Source of the DNA: Methanobacteriota archaeon
GTDB taxonomy: Archaea; Thermoplasmatota; Poseidoniia; Poseidoniales; Poseidoniaceae
DNA length: 64,000 bases
Direction: 5' to 3'
Assembly (NCBI GenBank): GCA_002726495.1
Contig: PBTH01000020.1
Span: forward strand, 6,650-70,649
Part shown: one piece after another, positions 37,596 to 47,265 of the stretch
Layout: the number at the start of each line of letters is the position of its first letter
How positions within the stretch are numbered: the first letter of the stretch is position 1
Position numbers and translations under genes: made by a program
Notes under the pieces: generated by a model
Seen by the model: the letters and a program-made list of their open reading frames with translations, nothing else
Told to the model about the DNA's origin: nothing
The model's database searches: none

Positions 37596-38726
37596 ATGGC
37601 AGACAAACGAGACTACTACGAAGTCTTGGGAGTTGAACGTTCTGCCAGCGAAAGTGACCTCAAGAACGCCTTCCGGCGCCTTGCTCGTAAATACCACCCA
37701 GATCGCAGCACTGAAGAGGATGCTGAAGACCGATTTAAGGAAATTCAGGAAGCATATGCCATCCTTTCTGACCAGCAAAAGCGAGCACAGTACGATCGGT
37801 TTGGTCATGACAGTCCACAGGGGAATCCATTTGGTGGTTTCGGAGGTGGAGGATTCAACATCAACCTCGAAGATTTACTTGGAGGCGATTTCTTCTCAAG
37901 CATGTTTGGTGGTGGTGGAAGAGGAAGGACCCGTCAACGTAGGGGAAGTGACATTCTCATTCGTCACTCAATCGACTTGAAACATGTACTGGAACAATCC
38001 GAACAAGAAGTCATTATCGAACTACCAGAGGCATGCGATTCATGCGCAGGATCCGGGGCACAAGACGGTGAGATGACGTCCTGCACGAAATGTGCTGGAC
38101 AGGGTCAGGTACGCGTTCGTCAACAAGTTGGTCCCTTCATTCAGCAATCGGTTCAACCATGCGATGAATGTTCGGGAAGAGGCAGTATAAGCGAAAACCC
38201 GTGCCGTGAATGCGCTGGAAGCGGGCAAGAAATGAAGAGCAAGACATTGAGATTTAACATCCCACTCGGTGCAGAGGACGGTACACGATTGCGGATGCGA
38301 GGAAACGGTGAACCTGCACCTCAAGGCCAAGGAGAACCTGGAGATTTGTTTATTGAATTAGAGATTGAGCAACACCCTTGGTTTGAACGAAGCGGCGCCG
38401 ATCTCATCATGTCCTTGCCTCTTGGATACTCAGATATGGTGACTGGGACTACAATTACACTGGAACATCTTGATGGCAAATCACTGGACATCAAAATCCC
38501 AGCCATGTCAAATTCAGGTGAAACCATCACGATAAAGAAGCGAGGATTGCCACGCCAGCGAGGAAGCGGTCGTGGTGATGTTATTGTTCTTCTCAAATTG
38601 CACATGCCGAAGAAAATTTCCAAGGCTACGAAAAAGGCACTCTCTGCTTTGAAGGAAAACCTCTCGCCAGCTGATACTAAGCAGAGCATACTGGATGATG
38701 CAGTGGACCGAAGGGCAGGCTCGTGA
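37596..38726 (+). CDS. dnaJ: Molecular chaperone DnaJ (type I)
   Basis: J-domain 'DYYEVLGV...KYHPDR', a G/F-rich linker, four CxxCxGxG zinc-finger motifs (CDSCAGSG, CTKCAGQG, CDECSGRG, CRECAGSG), and a C-terminal substrate-binding domain. Confidence 0.95.
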   Translation: MADKRDYYEVLGVERSASESDLKNAFRRLARKYHPDRSTEEDAEDRFKEIQEAYAILSDQQKRAQYDRFGHDSPQGNPFGGFGGGGFNINLEDLLGGDFFSSMFGGGGRGRTRQRRGSDILIRHSIDLKHVLEQSEQEVIIELPEACDSCAGSGAQDGEMTSCTKCAGQGQVRVRQQVGPFIQQSVQPCDECSGRGSISENPCRECAGSGQEMKSKTLRFNIPLGAEDGTRLRMRGNGEPAPQGQGEPGDLFIELEIEQHPWFERSGADLIMSLPLGYSDMVTGTTITLEHLDGKSLDIKIPAMSNSGETITIKKRGLPRQRGSGRGDVIVLLKLHMPKKISKATKKALSALKENLSPADTKQSILDDAVDRRAGS

Positions 38727-38727
38727 T

Positions 38728-40944
38728 TCACTCTTCCTCTTCACGAACCAGAGTTTCAGGTATTCGTGCTGCGAAAGGAATGGTATTCATCCTACCGTTG
38801 AGTTCAATATCAACCGAAGGTGCATTGCCTTCCAACTCAACGAGGACAAACATCCGATTGCCTTGCTTTAGGGTATCAAGGAATACCTCCTCTCCTTGGA
38901 ATAAGAATCTCGGCTCTACATGTTGAATGGCATATGCTTGGCCACCGGGGGCATCAAATCGAACTGCTGCGAGGTCCCATTCACCTTCAATCACGTGAAC
39001 TCCAACTACGATTGGCCATGCATGTTCTGTTTTTGCCATTCGTTGGTCGACCCTCCAAACCGCTAAATCCAGAATTTCAGTTCGGTGCGATAGGACTGGC
39101 TGACCCCATGTTTCAACTCCATCATCCCATGGGAGTTGAGCAACTGCGTGAAGTGCCCGAACCAAATCTTTCTGTGATGTTGTGATGTTTACTTCACCCG
39201 AATCCAAACGTCGTCTGTACCAATCCAACCGTGCCTTTTTCGAGAATATCTCGTTGGCGTAGGCTCTACTCCTTTGCAAGTGAATAACAAGGTAAAGAAC
39301 CGGAATAAGGAACGAGGTTCCCAAAACCCAACGTGCTACTCCTCCCCAGAACACAGCATCTTCACTTGGGGGGAACCAAGGTTCATCACCTTCATCGACC
39401 AGCAAGTAACTTGGTGAAATGGTGTACATCAGTGACTCGGCATCGTCGCCCCAATTATGGTTGGTAACATCGGTCGCATTTGCATGACGGATTTGGAGGT
39501 AATGGGTTCCTCTGCCAACCTTTAGGCTGACTTTCAAGGATTCCAAAGAAGAACTTGAAACAGAAGTGTCAAGCACTTCTGATGTGTATTGGTCAATGTC
39601 CCATATTTGTGCTTCCAAGCCAGTGATATTTCCAGTGATGGTGAATTGTACAAGATGGATTGAATCTTCCCACCCATCCACTACAAACCTGTAGGTATCA
39701 ACGGTGTCATGTATCGCTAAGGTCAATTCACCAACTCCGTTTGTCGTTAGGTTGACAGTGGGCCATGAAGAATTATCAGATTCAAGGTCGGCAGGTCTGT
39801 ACGATGGTGCCTCCATCCATGCGTTGTTGTCAGAATACGTAATTGCACGTATTTGCAATGCAAATACGGGTGTTTGTTCAACAACAATTCTGCCACCAAT
39901 GTTTCCCGGATAAGGATAGATGGTGCGGGACTCACCTTGCTCCATCGAGTGCATTGTTCCAATAACCCAAGATCCGTTCAGCAATTGATCAACTCGGATG
40001 TTTGCTTCACCCAATGGGCTATGAACTTCAATCGCAGTGGTAGCGTTCCAATCAAATACAGATTCAGTGGCGGCATGCCCTAACAGTTCAACTCCATCAA
40101 GCAAATTCAGTCCAATCAAAGGCGTTGATGGAATGTTGGTATGAATCAATGCATGTGCAATCCACGGCGCGGGGAATACGGGGCTGGATATACGGACAAT
40201 AAAGCGACCATAGTCAGGAGCAATCCACCAATTGACCGGCACGGGTTCCTCGTTGAGTTCATTGTAACCTGCATTACTTGAGAGAGTGGATTCAAAGGAC
40301 TGTTCGTCGGTACTGTTTTGGAAATAAATCTGAACTGTAACCTCTTCTGGAGTGTTCAGCCATTGCCATTCAAGAGTATCACCTATGTTGGCATCCACAA
40401 CAATGTATTCGTCAGCCGTGGTATTGATGATGCCGGTGTGCAGAGCATCAATAATTTTTGTTTCATTAATCACTGATGATAGGGAGTCCAAGGGTGCACT
40501 CGTACATTCTGTGGGAGTTGTACACATTCCAACCATGCTGGAAGGATGATCATTTTGTGGACTCGGGCGAACGGTATCGTGGGTGTCGACAAAATTGTAT
40601 TGTAATGCAAAACGAATGGTCTCGCTTTGAGATGATGAAATGCTAATGTTTACCGTTCCAGAATTTGACATTTGAAGAATGAGATTGGATGAACCAGATG
40701 TGTTTTCGTTTTCGGCAACGATGGTACCAATGCACGCAACACAATCAAGAGCCAATATGACAAAATCATCTTTTTCCACCTCAATCGTTGTTTCGTAGGT
40801 TGTACCTGCATCTAATGAGATTACTGTGATTCTTCCATCAACAACGTATGATTCGTGTTCTTGAGCTTGGACAAAAGGAGAAAGTGAACTCAGGATGAGG
40901 AGTACCAAGACGAGCCCCAAAGGCAGCGAACTTTCCCTTCCCAT
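38728..40944 (-). CDS. Single-pass surface protein with a ~190-aa cytoplasmic domain
   Basis: Signal peptide 'LPLGLVLVLLILSSLSPFVQAQE', a ~530-aa ectodomain, the TM helix 'WVLGTSFLIPVLYLVIHL', then a basic juxtamembrane segment and a globular C-terminal region ending 'REEEE'. Confidence 0.65.
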   Translation of the reverse strand: MGRESSLPLGLVLVLLILSSLSPFVQAQEHESYVVDGRITVISLDAGTTYETTIEVEKDDFVILALDCVACIGTIVAENENTSGSSNLILQMSNSGTVNISISSSQSETIRFALQYNFVDTHDTVRPSPQNDHPSSMVGMCTTPTECTSAPLDSLSSVINETKIIDALHTGIINTTADEYIVVDANIGDTLEWQWLNTPEEVTVQIYFQNSTDEQSFESTLSSNAGYNELNEEPVPVNWWIAPDYGRFIVRISSPVFPAPWIAHALIHTNIPSTPLIGLNLLDGVELLGHAATESVFDWNATTAIEVHSPLGEANIRVDQLLNGSWVIGTMHSMEQGESRTIYPYPGNIGGRIVVEQTPVFALQIRAITYSDNNAWMEAPSYRPADLESDNSSWPTVNLTTNGVGELTLAIHDTVDTYRFVVDGWEDSIHLVQFTITGNITGLEAQIWDIDQYTSEVLDTSVSSSSLESLKVSLKVGRGTHYLQIRHANATDVTNHNWGDDAESLMYTISPSYLLVDEGDEPWFPPSEDAVFWGGVARWVLGTSFLIPVLYLVIHLQRSRAYANEIFSKKARLDWYRRRLDSGEVNITTSQKDLVRALHAVAQLPWDDGVETWGQPVLSHRTEILDLAVWRVDQRMAKTEHAWPIVVGVHVIEGEWDLAAVRFDAPGGQAYAIQHVEPRFLFQGEEVFLDTLKQGNRMFVLVELEGNAPSVDIELNGRMNTIPFAARIPETLVREEEE

Positions 40945-41011
40945 GGATTTGGGGTTGGGCCGGGGCCTTTCAAACTCACGGCTCTTTCTTGTTCAAACCC
41001 TTGAAGAAGCG

Positions 41012-42802
41012 ATGGTGACAGGGTGTACCATGACGGCCCCACTTGCACGTACCGTGCTTCATCGTCTTCGCTTTGCGAGAAGTTGGGGTTTGGGTGACAG
41101 AAAGTCACCATCTGCTACCACTCCAAGTCTGATTAGAATGGACGGTGACCCGGAAGTCGACCTCGCATACGCTTGCTTCGAAGTGAAGAAAACAAATCAA
41201 CTGCCAGCACGTCTACAACTTTGTGCCCTGGGCCCCTTCTCCCCTCCCAATTTTGCTGACGCATCCCCTCGATACGATGTCAATATTGGTCATGTTTTAC
41301 CGCCCTCTTTAGAAGAGGCAAATGCAGGTGAAGAGCAAGGAACGTCCCCCCTTCTTCCCGTGTCATGGCAACGGATGAACCACGATCCTTCGCTCATGGA
41401 TGAATCACTAAATCCAGAGGTTGTTGTCCTCACCGATGCCGTTCAATTGGCTGCACAACCTGGGAAGTTGGTTGATGCTCTTGTCGTTTTGAAGAAACAA
41501 TTTCCTGGTGCGTTGATTTGGACACCGGGGCTTGGTGGACCCGATAATGCAGCAGTTCTGGCTTGGATGGGTGTTGATTTGTTTGACATGGCTCGAAGCC
41601 ACGAAGCATCAGCCTCTGGCGTGTTGCTCACCATGTTTGGACCTCGTTTTCCTTTAGCCCATGAGTCATCTCTTATCGATGCACAGTCAACACATTGGTT
41701 GCAGGCTCTTGACGAGGTCCGCTCTTCGATTGCAAGTGGGACATTAAGGACGCTTGCTGAGCGACAAACGCTCTCAAGTCCACGTTTGGTTGAACATTTA
41801 CGATACCACGATCAAGCTTGTTCTGATGTAAGGGGACTTCTCACAACCCATGTTGCTAAGGAAACTCGGTTTCCATGTTATTCTACAACAATGCTATCCG
41901 AGCCATTGGTTACAGATTGGGAGACATTTATGATGTCGGCATATGAGCCTCCCGCCGAAGTTCGAGAAGTCATGATTTTGTTGCCATGCTCTGCCCGTAA
42001 ACCGTACCGCCTCTCAAAATCCCATGGACGCTTTATCCAAGCCATTCAGTCCACGGCATGTCATGAAGTGATGATGACTTCACCTCTCGGTTTGGTCCCT
42101 CGTGACTTGGAGGATGTTTGGCCTGCTTCGCATTACGATGTGCCCGTGACGGGGGATTGGAATCTTGATGAACTAGCCAGAGTTGAACGAATGCTGACGA
42201 ATTTGGTCGCTCGTGTTGGTTACAAGCGCATCATCAATCATACTGAGATGGACCTTTCTTTCCTCGGATGCGAGGTCATTGAAACACGAAAGAACCGAGG
42301 TGCAGGTTCACATGAAGCACTCCAAGATTTGAAATCAGCGGTCAAGGACGCAGTAGCGGCATATGAATTGAGAAATCAGAAGAATTCACTCCGTCTGCGT
42401 TCAAATTACATGAGTGTTGCACGAAAGAACATGCGTAATGACAAATGGCTTGAGGATGTTTCAGTACGTGGGAAATTACCACGTTGGCGCTTGGAGAAAG
42501 ACGGAATTCAAGTTGCGGTGTGGTCCATTGACAGGAGTGGATTTTCTTTTTCTAAATCTTCAATTGACCTTCTTCATGAACATGAATCACTTCCCAAAAT
42601 TCATATCAAAACTGATTTGAAATGGAAAGGAGACATTTTTTCCCCCATGGTTGAAGCATATGACTCCAATATCCGTAAGGGAGATGATCTCTTGGTGATT
42701 CAAGATGGAAATGTAATCGGTCTTGCCCGAGCAGTTGCTCCTGGATGGGAATGGAACGGTACTCCTGGGACTTTAGCAAAATCGCATCAGCGAAAAAAGT
42801 AG
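41012..42802 (+). CDS. arcS: Archaeosine synthase-like protein (TGT-like N-terminal region, PCxxxKPY motif, C-terminal PUA domain)
   Basis: 'LLPCSARKPYRLSKSHGRF' (nt 41984-42007) matches the ArcS signature. The C-terminus 'GDIFSPMVEAYDSNIRKGDDLLVIQDGNVIGLARA' is PUA-like. Start candidates are ATG 41012 and ATG 41030; the track ORF from 40895 overlaps the divergent gene. Confidence 0.8.
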   Translation: MVTGCTMTAPLARTVLHRLRFARSWGLGDRKSPSATTPSLIRMDGDPEVDLAYACFEVKKTNQLPARLQLCALGPFSPPNFADASPRYDVNIGHVLPPSLEEANAGEEQGTSPLLPVSWQRMNHDPSLMDESLNPEVVVLTDAVQLAAQPGKLVDALVVLKKQFPGALIWTPGLGGPDNAAVLAWMGVDLFDMARSHEASASGVLLTMFGPRFPLAHESSLIDAQSTHWLQALDEVRSSIASGTLRTLAERQTLSSPRLVEHLRYHDQACSDVRGLLTTHVAKETRFPCYSTTMLSEPLVTDWETFMMSAYEPPAEVREVMILLPCSARKPYRLSKSHGRFIQAIQSTACHEVMMTSPLGLVPRDLEDVWPASHYDVPVTGDWNLDELARVERMLTNLVARVGYKRIINHTEMDLSFLGCEVIETRKNRGAGSHEALQDLKSAVKDAVAAYELRNQKNSLRLRSNYMSVARKNMRNDKWLEDVSVRGKLPRWRLEKDGIQVAVWSIDRSGFSFSKSSIDLLHEHESLPKIHIKTDLKWKGDIFSPMVEAYDSNIRKGDDLLVIQDGNVIGLARAVAPGWEWNGTPGTLAKSHQRKK

Positions 42803-42886
42803 TTTCAATGCAGGCCCAACTGGGCCATGGCGTAGCGGAGTGGTTAAGAAGGGGAGATTAGTCGGAAGGCCGCTTGGTGATTGCAA

Positions 42887-43345
42887 ATGGCACGTATGTT
42901 CAAGTCCCGAAAAGGCCAAAGTGGCTCCTCTCGACCCCATGTCAAAGAAGCTCCTGCTTGGTCCAATACGGATAAGGCAGCCGTTACATCCCTCATTCTT
43001 GACCTTGCTAAGTCAGGAAAATCTACTGCAGAAATAGGGACCATTCTCCGAGATAAGCACGCAGTTCCAAACGTCCGTTTGGTTCTCGGAATGCGTATCG
43101 GCCAAGTCCTCGCAGAGAATGACATTACCAATTCATACCCTGAAGACATGATGAACCTCATGCGACAAGCTGTTGCCATCATCAACCACCTCGGTTCAGG
43201 AAATCACAAGGACATTCACAACAAGCGAGCCTTGGAAATCACCGAATCCAAAATTCGCCGTCTTGCTAACTACTACAAAGGCGAGAATCGCCTGCCAAGT
43301 GACTGGCGATACAAGAGAGACGAACTCCGTCTGATGGTTGAGTGA
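42887..43345 (+). CDS. rps15: 30S ribosomal protein uS15 (S13e type)
   Basis: 'MARMFKSRKGQSGSSRP...' at the N-terminus, and 'HKDIHNKRALEITESKIRRLANYYK' in the conserved S15 C-terminal helix region. Confidence 0.9.
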   Translation: MARMFKSRKGQSGSSRPHVKEAPAWSNTDKAAVTSLILDLAKSGKSTAEIGTILRDKHAVPNVRLVLGMRIGQVLAENDITNSYPEDMMNLMRQAVAIINHLGSGNHKDIHNKRALEITESKIRRLANYYKGENRLPSDWRYKRDELRLMVE

Positions 43346-43414
43346 TTGTTTCAATACCTTCTCTCGCAAGGTCAACTTGATGAGGGGTAACTGCCTAAGC
43401 GTGGCGGGAGCACC

Positions 43415-44320
43415 ATGCGAGACCTTCTTGAGACTCCATTTTTTAACGGCTCTAAGGAGCGTTTGATGGCTCAGGCATCCCGTATCCAAGAAGCATCCAT
43501 GCTTCACCTCCATGCCCCTTCCAGCCTTGAAGGAGTCCTCGCCCTTGGCTTCATGGAAGCGGCATGTTTGGATGCAGGATACAAGTATCAACGTAGACTC
43601 TACCCTGCAAAGCACCACCGTCCAAGGGATGAGGTGTTGACCATCGAATCGTCTTCATCAGGATTGGGAGTGTTGATTCTTTCTGAAGAAGAAACATGGG
43701 ATGCAAATGATTTGAAAGACGATGGGCCTGTCAAACTTGTTCCAACCTCAACAAATGTACAACTTGGAACTCAGAACCGTATCCATCATGGGGCCTTGGA
43801 TTGTGTGATTCAAGCCTCTGCTCTTGCTGCTTGTATAGCACCAAACGGTAGAAGGGTTCGTCAAATGCGCCCTTTTTCATCCCTAGGGCTGTGGATGAGA
43901 GCCTCCCTTGATAGAACCATTGATCCGATTCATACCGCAGTCGTCATGCATCTCAAAGAAGAAGGCAGTATTCGAGTTGTTTCGCTTCCTGAGGTGAAGC
44001 AACCTGAGCCAGATATGATTCCGGGCTTGGCCGAGCGTCGGCTTAAGAAATTGCATCGGGCTTGGGCTGGGATGGATGTTGAAGAGCGTACTCAAGCTTT
44101 GAGTGAACTTGTACTTCCGTGTTTGGTTGAACCAACACTTTCAACGCCCCGATTGGAAGAATTGATCTGGCACAGGATGCTTTCGGGAGATGAAGATGTG
44201 GACATAGCAAGTCAAGCATTTGCAGCACAGAGAACGTGGCCTAAGACGCTCAGTGATGAGCGATTGCATGCTTCCAAATTGATTGACCATTGGATACAAA
44301 ACGGCAATTTACTGCTGTAA
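43415..44320 (+). CDS. Hypothetical protein, possibly a degenerate DHH/RecJ-like domain
   Basis: 301-aa ORF immediately after rps15. 'LHLHAPSSLEGVLALGFMEAACLDAG' has the spacing of DHH motifs I-II, but the acidic ligands are replaced. Confidence 0.5.
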   Translation: MRDLLETPFFNGSKERLMAQASRIQEASMLHLHAPSSLEGVLALGFMEAACLDAGYKYQRRLYPAKHHRPRDEVLTIESSSSGLGVLILSEEETWDANDLKDDGPVKLVPTSTNVQLGTQNRIHHGALDCVIQASALAACIAPNGRRVRQMRPFSSLGLWMRASLDRTIDPIHTAVVMHLKEEGSIRVVSLPEVKQPEPDMIPGLAERRLKKLHRAWAGMDVEERTQALSELVLPCLVEPTLSTPRLEELIWHRMLSGDEDVDIASQAFAAQRTWPKTLSDERLHASKLIDHWIQNGNLLL

Positions 44321-44363
44321 TCTCAAGCGACGGGTTGAAAGATAGCACCTCCATGCCCTAACC

Positions 44364-44714
44364 ATGGCGATTGAGCGTTTGTTAACCGGAAGCATCCAAA
44401 ATCAGATACAGGAACTGATGTCAACAGAAGACCTTGTCATTGAAGCATTTCGTGATCTCGTGAAAGACGAGCTCAAGACACACATTCGGGCTAAAGTGGA
44501 TGAAGACCCGGATTTGAAGGCTGAGATCAAGGAGGCTGTGGCCTATTATTTCCACTCGAAAGCAAGAAGCATATACGCTGAATTAAAAGCCACAAGAGCA
44601 GCGACACGCCTCGGCCTCAGATTGCTTCCAGACGAACTTCAGGGTGAAGTCGGTGAGGCTTTGGTGACCTTGTTCGAGAAGGAACTTGGCGCCTTGCTTG
44701 AAAAGGCACTTTAG
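44364..44714 (+). CDS. Hypothetical small helical protein
   Basis: 116-aa ORF with charged heptad-like composition in a compact same-strand arrangement. No motif was recognised. Confidence 0.45.
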   Translation: MAIERLLTGSIQNQIQELMSTEDLVIEAFRDLVKDELKTHIRAKVDEDPDLKAEIKEAVAYYFHSKARSIYAELKATRAATRLGLRLLPDELQGEVGEALVTLFEKELGALLEKAL

Positions 44715-44781
44715 GCATATTCTTGCCCAAAGATGAGTTCAAGTTATGTGCCTTTCAATCATCGGGTCTTTTGTAGGTAAC

Positions 44782-46812
44782 ATGCGAACTGCTACATTCA
44801 TCAGTTTTCTCTTCGTTGGGATGTTGGTTTTACCCTTCGTTTCAACCTCGGTTGAAGCGGCTGATAGTGAAGATGTTGTCGTCTACAGCGATGCCTCTGA
44901 AGTTGAATTATATCTCCTTGGAAGTGATAGCAACAAGGTGTTAACACCCTTCCTCGCAGAATTGGGTGAAGAATCTCAATCTGTAAAGATCCAAAATTCC
45001 ATACAATCACAAGAGACGGTTGGGAAATGGACGCTCCCGCAAACATGGGAAGGGACAGTTCCTGCATCGGAATGGACGTTTTCCATCTCATACGTCGTTA
45101 GCGGGGCGGCAGCAGCTCAAATTAATGCCACTGCGACGATTACAATCGGTTCCAAAAGTTACAGTGCTCAAACCGATCCTGGGGGGTCAATTCTTGCTCA
45201 AGGATCGGGCAATCTAGAGTTCAAGATTGATGTTGAAGCGGGAGGAGTTCTGACCACGTCGTCAAGTCTTGAGTTGGAGATGACGGCCCAAACACTTCTG
45301 TTTTCACTTCCCGAGGGAGCTGATGCAAAGTTGGAGTTTTTCTGGGGAAGCACAGACGATGACTCTTCAATAGAGGGGACTCTTCCTCTTCTAGACATCA
45401 TGATGCCAGAACCTGAAATTGAGGGTTCGGATGTCTATCTTGCCGTTAAGTTGGATTCACCATGGGGTCTGTCCACTCTGGCACTAGCAGAATCCATCAG
45501 CCTCAGTGTTGACGGTCAACCCGTTACAGGAGACCCGATTGAAACAGCATCCGGGGATACAGTTCGAGTTACTTGGACATGGGACAAAGCTTCGGGAGGA
45601 ATTGAGACAATCAAGGTGGAAGTTGAATTACAATTCCAACCTGGAATGCCTCCGTTGAAGGGTTCAACAACATTTGAGATTGAAACTTTTGATGGAAGCG
45701 GCGGTACTGGAACCTACTATCCACCGGATGAACCGTTGCGAACAAACGGTGATGGAAGTTCTCTTGATATCGACATACAAATGGACCTAACCAACGATGC
45801 AAACGGTCTGCGTTTGCAGAAGGTGACAACGCTTACCGTTGGCAATGAAATGGCATTTTGGATGCGTTGGGGCCTTGACCACATTGGAGATGATGACCAG
45901 TCGCTTTCAACCACTCTGAGAGCATTCAGTGCGGGATCCGTGACCGATGAAGACCGCATTAGCCGTAATATTGAACCAACTGAAGTTGGTGAATTTGAAC
46001 GGCAAATGGCAAACCTCGGCCCGATGTATCTTTCAAGTGGTTTAGGAATAAATGCCGAGGATCTTTTGGGTGTGTTTCCGGATTTTGACTCCATTCAGGT
46101 TGACCTTGACCTCAATGGAGAAAACGGTGTTGTGAATCATCCTGTGACGCTTCGTATTTCAACAACAGAAACTGTTGAAGATGATAAGAGGACGGAACTG
46201 ATCAATGATTTCTTAATCGTTCAACCCGCTCCCTTGTGGAGTGATTTTTCAATTTCACTGACGGCTAAAACCAACGCCTTCACATCGCTCAGTTTTAGTG
46301 AATTAAAACTCTCCGAAAATTTGGATTTATCGGTTTCAAGAATGCCATGGGGAGATACAATCCACCTTGAGGGCGATGGTCTTCAGCAGGAAGAGGAATT
46401 CCGATTGGAGACGGTTCCAACCAAAGCCCTCGTCTTTGCACCGTTGGTTATTGCAGTCCTGTCCGCAGCGGGTTTGTTGCTCGCATTTGCCATCACCATG
46501 CGTATCACACGTCAAAGGAAGCGTTCCTTTGTGTACTTTGAACTTGTATTCGTACCGATTATTGGTCTAATATACATCTTTGGATACAATTCAATCGTGG
46601 TTGGTGGTACGATTATTGGCAGTGCTTTGGTCTGGTGGATTACCGCCTTTTCAAGTCCAAGATTGGCCCCTCAACATTCCCGCCAATCCGCTGCGTCCTA
46701 CCCGATGATACCCTGCCCCGCCTGTCAAGTGATGAACCCAGTGACCTCGATGGAACGCCCGCATCGATTTGCGTGCACTGGATGTGAGCGAGTCATCAAA
46801 CTCGTCGCTTGA
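44782..46812 (+). CDS. Surface protein with three C-terminal TM helices and a terminal zinc ribbon
   Basis: Signal peptide 'MRTATFISFLFVGMLVLPFVSTSVEA', a ~540-aa ectodomain, TM helices ('LVIAVLSAAGLLLAFAITM', 'FELVFVPIIGLIYIFGY', 'VGGTIIGSALVWWITAF'), and a terminal 'CPACQVMNPV...FACTGCERVIKL'. Confidence 0.65.
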   Translation: MRTATFISFLFVGMLVLPFVSTSVEAADSEDVVVYSDASEVELYLLGSDSNKVLTPFLAELGEESQSVKIQNSIQSQETVGKWTLPQTWEGTVPASEWTFSISYVVSGAAAAQINATATITIGSKSYSAQTDPGGSILAQGSGNLEFKIDVEAGGVLTTSSSLELEMTAQTLLFSLPEGADAKLEFFWGSTDDDSSIEGTLPLLDIMMPEPEIEGSDVYLAVKLDSPWGLSTLALAESISLSVDGQPVTGDPIETASGDTVRVTWTWDKASGGIETIKVEVELQFQPGMPPLKGSTTFEIETFDGSGGTGTYYPPDEPLRTNGDGSSLDIDIQMDLTNDANGLRLQKVTTLTVGNEMAFWMRWGLDHIGDDDQSLSTTLRAFSAGSVTDEDRISRNIEPTEVGEFERQMANLGPMYLSSGLGINAEDLLGVFPDFDSIQVDLDLNGENGVVNHPVTLRISTTETVEDDKRTELINDFLIVQPAPLWSDFSISLTAKTNAFTSLSFSELKLSENLDLSVSRMPWGDTIHLEGDGLQQEEEFRLETVPTKALVFAPLVIAVLSAAGLLLAFAITMRITRQRKRSFVYFELVFVPIIGLIYIFGYNSIVVGGTIIGSALVWWITAFSSPRLAPQHSRQSAASYPMIPCPACQVMNPVTSMERPHRFACTGCERVIKLVA

Positions 46813-47223
46813 TCAGAGTTTAAGGTCTTGAAGGTTGGAAACCAAATTTACAGCGTCTTGGTAATCTCCTGGTGAAAAGTATCCGGCGAATTCTTCGTTT
46901 TCATCAACAGCAACGACTGCTTGAGGGCTGCGAAGTTTTACATTTTCCAAGACGCTCTTTAGCTCGTCTGTTAAGTGTACCAGCATGAAGTCCATTTCCA
47001 TATGTTCATGACACAATGCCGATGATGCATCGACTCCTTCACTCAATGCTTTGATAAGCTGTTTGTGGCCAATCACGCCTTGTACATTGTTGTCATCATT
47101 GAGGACAATGAGGATTCCACCAGTAATACTTAGCAAGCGTTTCGCACCTTCTTGAAGTGAGTCGTTTCCTCCGATGGTTGTGTGTTCATCGTCAAGTTTC
47201 AAACTGGATACTGTCTTGCCCAT
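46813..47223 (-). CDS. CBS domain pair protein
   Basis: Two CBS-like segments: 'GGILIVLNDDNNVQGVIGHKQLIKAL' and 'AVVAVDENEEFAGYFSPGDY'. Confidence 0.8.
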   Translation of the reverse strand: MGKTVSSLKLDDEHTTIGGNDSLQEGAKRLLSITGGILIVLNDDNNVQGVIGHKQLIKALSEGVDASSALCHEHMEMDFMLVHLTDELKSVLENVKLRSPQAVVAVDENEEFAGYFSPGDYQDAVNLVSNLQDLKL

Positions 47224-47265
47224 ACAAGGGGCTACACTGCAAGTATTCTATCTAACTTGCTTACT

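Noticed and set aside
37596-38726. dnaJ without adjacent dnaK/grpE, considered as a possible sign of an unusual chaperone module
   Set aside because: Orphan placement of dnaJ is common, and dnaK/grpE may lie elsewhere in the genome. Nothing in the sequence itself is atypical.
42820-42910. tRNA-like fragments ('GGCGTAGCGGAGTGGTTAAG' resembling a D-arm, and 'GTTCAAGTCC' resembling a T-loop) in and just before rps15
   Set aside because: I could not form a 7-bp acceptor stem or a paired T-stem. The T-loop-like string lies inside the uS15 reading frame (MARMFKSRK). I consider it a chance resemblance.
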